From assembly GCA_012862495.1 (NCBI GenBank), contig BLSG01000208.1, positions 105,439 to 169,438 of the forward strand: a stretch of DNA of 64,000 bases. Reading direction: 5' to 3'. The DNA is from Thraustochytrium aureum. Taxonomy: Eukaryota. Below, piece after piece: positions 10,311-19,167 of this stretch. The notes below the pieces were generated by a model. That model worked only from the letters and a program-made list of their open reading frames with translations, had not been told where the DNA came from and searched no databases. A program made the position numbers and the translations under genes. Each line of letters begins with the position of its first letter. Within the stretch, counting starts at the first letter, position 1.

Positions 10311-12257
10311 ATGGGGCGCGTGACGGTCTCCAAGTGGACGTGGGGCGCGGCCAGCGCGGCTTGCGTCGGCGCAAGCTTGCTAGTGAACGCCTACGCGGCG
10401 TCCAGCGAAGGCGGGGAGGATGTGCAAAGCCTAGGAGCAGCGAGTGCAGCGCTCAGCGCAGTGCTGTCCAACAGCATGCTATCTGGCGGACTCTTCATCG
10501 TGGCAGCCTTGGTCATCCTGTCCGCAGTCAGGCGTGACAGAGCGCCCGCCGGGTACAAGCTGCCTCCGGTGTACAGCGCCTCCATCCCAGTGATCGGCAA
10601 CTTTCTCGGGTTTGCCAAAAACCCGCTCGGATTCGTTGCCGAGGCGCGCAGAGCGTGCGGCCCCGTTTTCACGATCGACATGATTGCCGAGAAGTGCACG
10701 TTCTTGATCGGCGCCGAGGCGCACAAGGCCTTTTTCGAGGCCACCGACGAGGAGCTTGACCAGGCCCCCGTCTACTCGTTCATGAAGCCGATTTTTGGCA
10801 AGGGAATCGTCTACGACAGCCCGCTCAAGAAGCGGCGGCAGCAGATGCGCGCCCTCGGAACCTCGCTGCGCCCCTCTTTGCTCAAGACGTACCCGCCGAT
10901 CATCGCCGCGGAGACGCGCGAGTACCTGCGCACACACTGGAAGGACAGCGGCACGATTGACCTGCACAAGACGTTCGCAGAGCTCATCATCAACACGGCC
11001 AGCGCAACCCTCCTCGGGCCGGAGATTCGTGGCGAAATGTTCGAGGAGATGAGCGAGCTTTACGAGATGCTCGACAAGGGCCTCACGCCGCTTTCAATCT
11101 TCTTTCCGCACCTGCCGACGGCTGCGCACCGCGCGCGGGACGAGGCGCGCATCGGGATCTCCAAGCTCTTCTCCAAGATCCTGGAGAAGCGCCGCAGCGA
11201 CCCGGAGGCGGGCACCAAACACACCGACATTATTCAAAAGCTGATGGAGTTCAAGTACAAGGACGGCTCTAGCTTCACGGACGACGAAATCGCGGGGATG
11301 ATCCTTGCCGCCCTCTTTGCGGGCCAACACACGAGCTCAATCGTGTCCACGTGGAGCCTGCTCTACTTGCTCGAGGACCAGCGCAGCCAGAACGGCAAGT
11401 GGATGAACCGCGTCCTGGACGAGCTCGCGTCGCTTGAGCCCGCCCCGGGCGCCTTTGCCAACGGCGAGGGCCTCGACGGGGCCACCATCCAGAAGGAGGA
11501 GGACCTGTACAAGGTTGTAAAGGAGGCGATCCGGCTGCAGCCGCCGCTCATCATGCTCATGCGTCGCGTCGTCAAGCCGCTCACAATGCCAGACGGCACC
11601 TACGTGCCGGTCGGCCATCGCGCCATGGTTTCCAACGCGATTGCGCAGCGCCTACCGGAGGTCTTCGAGAACCCCGACGAGTTTGACCCCTCTCGATGGG
11701 AGGAGTTTAACATTGCCAAGCTGCCGCGCTACTCGTTTATCGGGTTTGGGGCGGGCTTGCACACGTGCATGGGCGAGTCGTTTGCCTTTCTGCAAGTGCG
11801 CACCATCCTCTCGGTTATTCTCGCAACCTACGAGCTCGAGCTGACCACGCCTTTCCCCGAGCCCGACTTCACCGCGATGGTGGTCCCGCCCAAGGGCCCG
11901 AACCTTGTGCGGTACAAACGCCGCACCGTGCCGCTCGCGACGACCCGCGACGTCACCAAAGTGCCCCGCGCTCCGACCGCGTCTGCCAGCGAGCCTGCGC
12001 CGGAGGAGGACACGGAAGGTCGCACCTCCTTCACCTGGGAGGAAATCAGGCGCCACAACACCAAGTCCTCGCTCTGGATCGTGGTCAAGAACAAGGTCTA
12101 CGATGTTACCACGTACCTCGACCTCCACCAGGGCGGAGACAACGCCATCCTCAACTGGGGCGGCAAGGACGCGACGGAGGCTGTGGCTGGGCCCCAGCAC
12201 CCCTCCACAGTGCCGATGCTCCTCAACCGGTACGAGATTGGCTCCGTCGCGCAGTAG
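10311..12257 (+). CDS. CYP51: Sterol 14-alpha-demethylase fused to a C-terminal cytochrome b5 domain
   Basis: Intact 648-aa ORF with N-terminal hydrophobic anchor, YSFMKPIFGKGIVY, I-helix ALFAGQHTS, ExxR (EAIR) and heme motif FGAGLHTCMG. A linker is followed by a b5 fold: FTWEEIRRHN...WIVVKNKVYDVT.YLDLHQGG...GKDATE...QH...LNRYEIG. Confidence 0.93.
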   Translation: MGRVTVSKWTWGAASAACVGASLLVNAYAASSEGGEDVQSLGAASAALSAVLSNSMLSGGLFIVAALVILSAVRRDRAPAGYKLPPVYSASIPVIGNFLGFAKNPLGFVAEARRACGPVFTIDMIAEKCTFLIGAEAHKAFFEATDEELDQAPVYSFMKPIFGKGIVYDSPLKKRRQQMRALGTSLRPSLLKTYPPIIAAETREYLRTHWKDSGTIDLHKTFAELIINTASATLLGPEIRGEMFEEMSELYEMLDKGLTPLSIFFPHLPTAAHRARDEARIGISKLFSKILEKRRSDPEAGTKHTDIIQKLMEFKYKDGSSFTDDEIAGMILAALFAGQHTSSIVSTWSLLYLLEDQRSQNGKWMNRVLDELASLEPAPGAFANGEGLDGATIQKEEDLYKVVKEAIRLQPPLIMLMRRVVKPLTMPDGTYVPVGHRAMVSNAIAQRLPEVFENPDEFDPSRWEEFNIAKLPRYSFIGFGAGLHTCMGESFAFLQVRTILSVILATYELELTTPFPEPDFTAMVVPPKGPNLVRYKRRTVPLATTRDVTKVPRAPTASASEPAPEEDTEGRTSFTWEEIRRHNTKSSLWIVVKNKVYDVTTYLDLHQGGDNAILNWGGKDATEAVAGPQHPSTVPMLLNRYEIGSVAQ

Positions 12258-12580
12258 CGCCAGTCCGAGGGTTGTGTCATGTGAAACCAAAAGCCCGCTC
12301 TTCGTTCTGGGCCGTGGTGCGAGTAGACGAGAAATAGTTGTCCTTGCCGAACGCCTCGACCTCGCGAGTGTTGCTGCGATCGCGCAACTAGCCAGCTCTC
12401 AAAGAAAGAAAGAAATGAATTGCTCTGCTCCCCCATTGCACAACAAGCTGGCTTGCACTCTGGCGTTGGGGCCGTCGAAGTCTTGGCCCGATCGATCAAG
12501 CGCCAAAATGCCCACGAAGGACTGTACAGTAAGTAGACCCGGTACAGTATGTACTTGTGCGAACTCAATTAGCCGGATTC

Positions 12581-12732
12581 TTGATCAAAGCCAGAGGTCG
12601 AAGCGACGGCCAAGGAGCTTGATCAAAGCCAGAGGTCGAAGCGACGACCAAGGAGCTTGATCAAAGCCAGAGGTCGAAGCGACGGCCAAGGAGCTTGATC
12701 AAAGCCAATGGTCGAAGCGACGACCAAGGAGC
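12581..12732. repeat. 4 x 38-bp tandem repeat made of the last codons and stop of the sulfotransferase gene
   Basis: Unit ttgatcaaagccagaggtcgaagcgacgRccaaggagc at 12581, 12619, 12657 and 12695; no spacers. Confidence 0.92.
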
Positions 12733-15020
12733 TCGAACAAGCGCTCGTTCGGCTTTCTGTAGAACTGGCGAAGCAATAGCTCGATGTTGTCTGGCATCTT
12801 CTTGGACGAGCTGCCGTCCGGCGACCACCCAGTGACAACCTCAAAGGAGGGGTACTTGGTGTCAAACGCGCGGTCAGCCTCTTCCCAGGTTCGCTTGGAA
12901 TAATCCATTGCTGGAAGCCCTGCTGCGGCAAGGACGCGGTTCAGCGTCCCGTTCAGGTCCGTACGCATCTCCTCGTTTTCCAAGACCACGAGTTGGTGGC
13001 GAGGAATATGGCGCAAACACGTGACAAGCTGAGGGTAATAGAGACCGCGCCACAAAAAGTTTCGCGATATGTCGGCAAAGTTGCGAGCCTTAGGATAGCA
13101 CATGCACGTCTCGCCCTCGCACGCACTCGAAGATGTCAGCCTGCGCCGCGGGTAACCGCCGCCTTCCCTTTCGTCAGGTCCACAACCCATACGCGACGCG
13201 CGCTCAGCCAGAGTCGGGTACTCCTTCAAACATTGTGCAATGCAACTTTTCAGCTCCTTGTTCGGCACGTGGTTGCCCTGGCCGGCAAAGCAGCCAGAGC
13301 AGCCCTCATTCCGAAACAAGTCCCAGCACGCCCTTTGATCCAGCATCAAGCCCGACGCAGAGGCGTCAGCCACCAGGAGCTGAAACGCGCGCTCAGTCAT
13401 CGCCTCTGTGCAAGGCTTTAGGGTGTCCATTTCGGAAAGCAATACGTCTGGGAGAACAGGCAGAGTTTCCCGGAGCACGGCATACTTTCGGAAGCACGCC
13501 CTATTCTCCTCCACGTTGTCTAACGAGGCGGCCGCGATGCACGTCTCCACAAAGGCTTGCGCCTCTCGGTCGCCTTGCGCCGCTGAAACGAGCTTTCGAT
13601 TCAGAGCCTGGAGCTTTGGCGCCGTCCCTTTGATCGCGCCGGGCTCTCCCTTCGCATTCAGTCTAGTGAGATTCTCAAGGCAGGTTTTCAAACGATCAGC
13701 ATCATTGAAACCTCCACCGATCGCCGAGTTTGGCGACACTCGATCAGCAGTTGCTGACGCACCTGTTGCCGTTCTGGAGCTGTTCGCACCGAGCAGACGA
13801 TCGCCCAAGGGCGCTCTGCTTTTCTCGTCTCCTTGTCGCCAACTAGCCTCAGCATGGGCATTGCCCAGCCCGCTTTGACGTCGCGCCGCCTCGGATGCTA
13901 GAGCGGCACTGCGGCCACCTCCGTCCTTTCGCCGACTGTTGCCCGACGGTGCGTTTCGGAAAGGGTAAGCGCGGTGCACGCGCATGCAGTCAAGAATGAG
14001 GTCCTTGCTCTGAATGGCCGAGTTCATCGTCAAGTCCTGCTGGGCAATGCGACGAAACTTCATGTTGTACTCGGACCAGAACCGTTTGACGGGGTCGCGC
14101 AGAATGACGACGAAGACAGACCACGGCGGGAGCCACGAGGACATGCGCTGGCAGGCCATTGTGCTTGCTAGATAAGAGGGTGAGGACTCGTATGTCATGG
14201 CGTCCCCTGGCGTCGGCGCGGCCCTCCAGTTGCGCAACAGTTGGGTGTTCCAGTTCACAAACGTTCGGTCGTTGTCCCACACGTGGAGCTCTTTCTTGCC
14301 CGAGGCGATCAGCTTGTCGTGCAGCATCAAGTAGGAATGCATCGCGGTTGTCCCGCCCTTCTGCGCCCCCATCACTGTCAAACTTGGAAGGCACACCTGG
14401 TGTGCCCCGCTCGACTTGTGCGAGCAGCAGACCTTGTGCTGTGCGGCTCGAACATCACTTGATCGGAAAACATTGCACTTGCCCTTGACCATGATTTCCA
14501 AATTGCGCAGGTACTGCTTCCGGACGCCGATGCGGCGAAAATCCGACGCTTGAGCAAGGGCTGCGTCGTGCAGCGTGTTGGTGTTTGCCGCACGATTCCC
14601 TTGCTCGCCCAATGCGCCGGCGCTCCGCTCGGCGGCTTCGGAAGCAGGATGGCTCTCGAGCTGGAGCAAGGGTTCTTTCGAAGCCGCAGGAATTGCAGCC
14701 GGCTCTGTTGCGCGCCGCACTTCGTCCAGGTGATACTGAGGCCGAAGTCGCCCTGGTGGCGCGGCACTTGTGATCGCCGCGGGGGCGACACCAGGCTCAT
14801 TGCGTTCATTCAAGCCACTGAGCGCTTGCCGTGTAAAAAGTACCCACGCAGTCAGGGACAGCAGCAGCAGTGCGAGGACCGCACAGGGTCGCCCGAACCG
14901 GCGCGCCTTGGTCCCGGCCGGCCCTCTCCTCTCCAGCACCGAGTGCAGTCTGCCAGCCGTCGGCGACTTGGCCTTGGCCGCATCAGTCCCTGTGGCACTG
15001 ACCACCACCACCCTCTTCAT
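12699..15020 (-). CDS. Type II membrane (Golgi-type) sulfotransferase, heparan-sulfate sulfotransferase-like
   Basis: N-terminal TM (CAVLALLLLSLTAWVLF), 5'-PSB loop GAQKGGTT, KELHVWD, ESSPSY, 3'-PB motif ILRDPVKRFWSEY, GLYYPQL, C-terminal LRQFYRKPNERLFELLGRRFDW-like end. Confidence 0.85.
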   Translation of the reverse strand: MKRVVVVSATGTDAAKAKSPTAGRLHSVLERRGPAGTKARRFGRPCAVLALLLLSLTAWVLFTRQALSGLNERNEPGVAPAAITSAAPPGRLRPQYHLDEVRRATEPAAIPAASKEPLLQLESHPASEAAERSAGALGEQGNRAANTNTLHDAALAQASDFRRIGVRKQYLRNLEIMVKGKCNVFRSSDVRAAQHKVCCSHKSSGAHQVCLPSLTVMGAQKGGTTAMHSYLMLHDKLIASGKKELHVWDNDRTFVNWNTQLLRNWRAAPTPGDAMTYESSPSYLASTMACQRMSSWLPPWSVFVVILRDPVKRFWSEYNMKFRRIAQQDLTMNSAIQSKDLILDCMRVHRAYPFRNAPSGNSRRKDGGGRSAALASEAARRQSGLGNAHAEASWRQGDEKSRAPLGDRLLGANSSRTATGASATADRVSPNSAIGGGFNDADRLKTCLENLTRLNAKGEPGAIKGTAPKLQALNRKLVSAAQGDREAQAFVETCIAAASLDNVEENRACFRKYAVLRETLPVLPDVLLSEMDTLKPCTEAMTERAFQLLVADASASGLMLDQRACWDLFRNEGCSGCFAGQGNHVPNKELKSCIAQCLKEYPTLAERASRMGCGPDEREGGGYPRRRLTSSSACEGETCMCYPKARNFADISRNFLWRGLYYPQLVTCLRHIPRHQLVVLENEEMRTDLNGTLNRVLAAAGLPAMDYSKRTWEEADRAFDTKYPSFEVVTGWSPDGSSSKKMPDNIELLLRQFYRKPNERLFELLGRRFDHWL

Positions 15021-15927
15021 CGTTGCCTCGCCACCGCGCCAAGCGGCGCGTCTATTGAGGCACGAGCACCCGTCGTCGCAGATGTCGCGGGTCGTCTTGC
15101 ACCCCGCCTCCTAGCACGCGAGCCTCCTGCGCGCGGCAAGCGCAGGTCCTGGCCCGCGTGCCGAGCGCAGCCTGCTCGCTAGCGAGATGCCGGTTGCGCG
15201 TTGCCCGTCGTCCCGGGTCTGCCCTGCCGCCCTTCGCGCGTGTTTCGCCTCGGCGTCAACGGCGGGCCAGCACTGCAACGCGGGCGTGAGCACCTACTTA
15301 CTTACTCCCTTGTCGTCTTCGGGTACTTGACGACACGAGTCGGGCAGCGCCTCCTCGGCGCTCGCGAGAGGAAAGGGCGCGCGAAGGCTGCTCAGAACTG
15401 CGTGCGGGGCACGGGCCGCGCTGTTCGATGGGGCTGGCCGAAGACGCGCTCGTTCATGGATGGCGGTCTGTGGTGCAAGCCTCGTCAATAGCGAGCGAGC
15501 TCTCCTCGTCTCCCCGACCCGGCGTGCGCTGCCTGCCAGGGGTATACTCAGGTAAGTACTCAGGCTTGCCCACGTACCCGAGCGCCATGATGCGAAGTAC
15601 TCGAGTACGCGCATGCTCCAGGAGGAGGAGCCTGGATTGCTGGTTGATGGCCAACTTCTGGCGTTGTCGTCGACAGAACGAATGCTCGCGACGTTCGGCT
15701 TCAGCTACGACGCTCGTAGAGACCACAGCCTGCCCGAGCCTCTGGGCGCGTACACAGCCAGATATCTTGTCATCAAACGAGACATTGCGACGCTCTTCTG
15801 CGGGCCTGGGCTCGTGAAGGAAAAGAAAAGCAAGATGAGTACATGTTCGTTCAATTGAAATACGATACGCGTGCATGCGACGTGGCGGGTTCGTGCGGGC
15901 TATCCTGGCATCTATGCAAAATAAGGG

Positions 15928-18462
15928 TCAGTCAAGGTCGGGAGCGGTCGGCATCACATCGAGGCTCGGCGGCTTGCTCGCAGGGTTGGGCGCTCCAGAC
16001 GACCAAGTCGGAACTGGCGGCTGCTCCGAGCCGACCGAAGGGACGCGTTCAATAGGTGCAGAGTGCAGGGTTGGAGCAGGAGCTGGATATGGCGAGGCGC
16101 CCGGGCGGGTGGCTTCGGGCGGGCCGCCTGCAGAAGGATGGTCAAGACCAGGGAGACCAGCCTGGCCCAGAGGCCGCGGCGAACGGCCAGCGCCAAAAGG
16201 GCCCATTGAACCATTCGATGATCCATACCGCGAGAAAGAGTGTGCCAGTGGCGAAGCCTGCGCCGAAGAAAGCTGCGTTTGGCTGCGAGGCGAGAGGGAC
16301 ATCGAGACGTGCTGCTGCGGACGGCGACCAAAGACCGATCCTTTGGGGAAAAAGCGGCCTATGCCTGGGGTCGCGTACTTTTGCGCAACAACATGGTCGG
16401 GCGTTGGCGCGCTGCTCTGGCCATTTTCGCCCTGTAAAGCATACAGGCAGCGCCTCGTGTCGGAGACGTGCTGCATGAGGTGGTTGCGGAACATGCTCCC
16501 TCCGGTGCCCACAGAGCTCTTCTTGAGGAGCGCAGCGCTGGTTGCCGCGTCCCCAGACTCTAGCATTTGCCGCGCCTTGTGCTTTGCTTGGCTGCTTATG
16601 TAAGAGATAGCAAACCCGATGTGCTTTCGGCGAAAGTTGAGCACCTCTGTAACTGCTTCGTTGTAGCTCGTCTTCAGCCGGAAAATGAGGCGGCCCAAGT
16701 TGGTGGCTTTGATTCGGTACTGGTCGCTCAGAACGATAGGGAGGTCGCTGTCGCACGACTTTTGCACAAACCCGGCGCGACTGACGTCGAGCGTTTGGAC
16801 GTAGTCGCGGATGTTGCTCGAGGAGTCGAGGTGCGTAATAAAGTCGCGGTGGGGCCTTGGCATGTACTTTTGATACGCTTTGAGCGCGTCCACAAACCGC
16901 TGGCGGGCGGCCGGATCCTGGACTCGGCCCTGGTGCTCGGCACCTGCGTCTACGCCTTGGCCGTGCTGGACGCCGAAAAACAAATCAAAACACGGCATGA
17001 GGGAGCTCTGCGCGCCGCTGCCCCCGCTGTACGCCTCGGGCTCGAAGGCGGTCGACTCGGCGGTAGCGTAAACTACGCCAGGGGCGGGCCAGCTTGAGAG
17101 CCAAGGGCGCACTAGGCTGTAAAACTCGTAATCTTTGCACTCTTCGGACATGCGCGCGAGCACGGCGTTCATCATGCGAAGCGCGTCGACGATGCGCCCC
17201 ATGCAGCTGATGACGCGCTCGATGCTGCGGAACTCGTTGTCCTCCTCGTAGTTGTATGTCTCGGAGCTGACGCGTTGGATCTCGTCAATCGCCTTGATTG
17301 CCTGGCCACCTTGGTATTCGATCATGATGTGGATCTTGTAGAACCACTCTTCCGCCGGGAGCCGTGTGAAGGTGCGGAGGACGCGGATGTTGGACAGGCT
17401 CATGTCTTTGGAGGGGTCGATCAGCTCCCAGTTGTTGAGGACGCACGCTGCATAGTCGAGGATGGGCTGCCGCTCCACGTGCGCGGCAAGGACCTTCAGG
17501 GGCGCCGCTATTGGTGCTGGGAGAACTACGGGCATTGCCTGCGCAGGCGGCTGCGGGGCGTGCCCAGACTCTCCGGCCATCTCGGCACCGGCGCCCGCGC
17601 GGGAGGCCTTGAACTCTTCGCTCGCCAAGTGGACGTAGCTGCTCGCGAGGATGGCCATGAGCATGAACACGTTCTCGCAGTCCGCCATGTCCTCCACTAG
17701 CACGCACGAGGAGTCGTAGTAGGCCTCGTACGAGAAGACCACGTTGACCTGCGGCAACGCGTCCAAGCGGGCCTTCAGGTTGCCGCGCTCGTGGAGCGCG
17801 GGCAGCTCGTCGTACACTTGCACATNNNNNNNNNNNNNNNNNNNNNNNNNNNNNNNNNNNNNNNNNNNNNNNNNNNNNNNNNNNNNNNNNNNNNNNNNNN
17901 NNNNNNNNNNNNNNNNNNNNNNNNNNNNNNNNNNNNNNNNNNNNNNNNNNNNNNNNNNNNNNNNNNNNNNNNNNNNNNNNNNNNNNNNNNNNNNNNNNNN
18001 NNNNNNNNNNNNNNNNNNNNNNNNNNNNNNNNNNNNNNNNNNNNNNNNNNNNNNNNNNNNNNNNNNNNNNNNNNNNNNNNNNNNNNNNNNNNNNNNNNNN
18101 NNNNNNNNNNNNNNNNNNNNNNNNNNNNNNNNNNNNNNNNNNNNNNNNNNNNNNNNNNNNNNNNNNNNNNNNNNNNNNNNNNNNNNNNNNNNNNNNNNNN
18201 NNNNNNNNNNNNNNNNNNNNNNNNNNNNNNNNNNNNNNNNNNNNNNNNNNNNNNNNNNNNNNNNNNNNNNNNNNNNNNNNNNNNNNNNNNNNNNNNNNNN
18301 NNNNNNNNNNNNNNGTACGTGCAGCGTTTGGACTCCATGAAGTGGAGCAACGTCTGCAGATTGTGCATGACGTGCTGGCCGACATCCCTGTTGGTGCTCA
18401 AGGGCCCTTTCGCTCAACGCGTGGAGGCCGCGCCTTCCGTAGTGACACAGCCACCACTCCAC
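15928..18462 (-). CDS. Indoleamine 2,3-dioxygenase family heme enzyme (N-terminus uncertain across gap 17826-18314)
   Basis: PILDYAACVLNNW, EEWFYKIHIMIE, FYSLVRPWL, YSGGSGAQSS, YMPRPHRDF, proximal-His motif FRRKH...YI, GTGGS; Pro-rich C-terminal tail. Confidence 0.85.
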   Translation of the reverse strand: MEWWLCHYGRRGLHALSERALEHQQGCRPARHAQSADVAPLHGVQTLHVXXXXXXXXXXXXXXXXXXXXXXXXXXXXXXXXXXXXXXXXXXXXXXXXXXXXXXXXXXXXXXXXXXXXXXXXXXXXXXXXXXXXXXXXXXXXXXXXXXXXXXXXXXXXXXXXXXXXXXXXXXXXXXXXXXXXXXXXXXXXXXXXXXXXXXXXXXXXXXXXXXXXVQVYDELPALHERGNLKARLDALPQVNVVFSYEAYYDSSCVLVEDMADCENVFMLMAILASSYVHLASEEFKASRAGAGAEMAGESGHAPQPPAQAMPVVLPAPIAAPLKVLAAHVERQPILDYAACVLNNWELIDPSKDMSLSNIRVLRTFTRLPAEEWFYKIHIMIEYQGGQAIKAIDEIQRVSSETYNYEEDNEFRSIERVISCMGRIVDALRMMNAVLARMSEECKDYEFYSLVRPWLSSWPAPGVVYATAESTAFEPEAYSGGSGAQSSLMPCFDLFFGVQHGQGVDAGAEHQGRVQDPAARQRFVDALKAYQKYMPRPHRDFITHLDSSSNIRDYVQTLDVSRAGFVQKSCDSDLPIVLSDQYRIKATNLGRLIFRLKTSYNEAVTEVLNFRRKHIGFAISYISSQAKHKARQMLESGDAATSAALLKKSSVGTGGSMFRNHLMQHVSDTRRCLYALQGENGQSSAPTPDHVVAQKYATPGIGRFFPKGSVFGRRPQQHVSMSLSPRSQTQLSSAQASPLAHSFSRYGSSNGSMGPFGAGRSPRPLGQAGLPGLDHPSAGGPPEATRPGASPYPAPAPTLHSAPIERVPSVGSEQPPVPTWSSGAPNPASKPPSLDVMPTAPDLD

Positions 18463-19167
18463 ACGGCAAGTGAGTACTCGAGTACCTTACTCTACACAAC
18501 TCTACCCTACTCTCTATTCCATCCTACGGAGTGGTACTCTCCGCGTCTGCACTCGTCAGCCAGTCTGGCGTGTGTCCTGCTGTGTGGGGGCGGTGGATCA
18601 AGTGCTGTGGGCGTCGGGTGATGACGAGGGAATGCTGCCCGCCATTGCTGCCTGTGGCGCAGCGTCGCTAGGTGCGCAGGTGCTGGGTTTGGTCCGCGCG
18701 GCTGGCATGGCGACGGAATGCTCGGTGAACGATGGACATTCTATTCGTCTTCTCCCTTGGATGCTTAGATGCTCTGCTCGAGCGGGGACGGGCCGCGCTT
18801 TGCTCTGCTCGAGTCGCGAAGGACCGCCCGTCGAGGAGCTCTACCTTGGGCGTCGTTGTTTCATGAACAATTGATTGAAAGGCATCGGGAGGTGTTGTCC
18901 TGCATACGGTTCCGTCGAAACGCAACCTTGCCTTCACGGGCGGCGGTGCCCGCGGCCCGAGCTGCTCCTTGTCGCACGAACTTTGTCGCGCTGACTGCCG
19001 CCCGGGCCCCTGTTTAACGCGTCAAGGTCAATGCCACTCAACCCAATCCAGTCCGCCCGCGTCACCTTTATGTCGCGCTGCATTCGATAGGGCTCCTTCA
19101 GGACCACTGAGGCGTTGGTGGCGAGTCTCTGCCTACACTGCAGAAAAACTGGCGACGCTTGAACATG

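Noticed and set aside
12581..12732. CRISPR-like 38-bp repeats
   Set aside because: Head-to-tail with no spacers, derived from a gene end, no cas genes, eukaryotic context.
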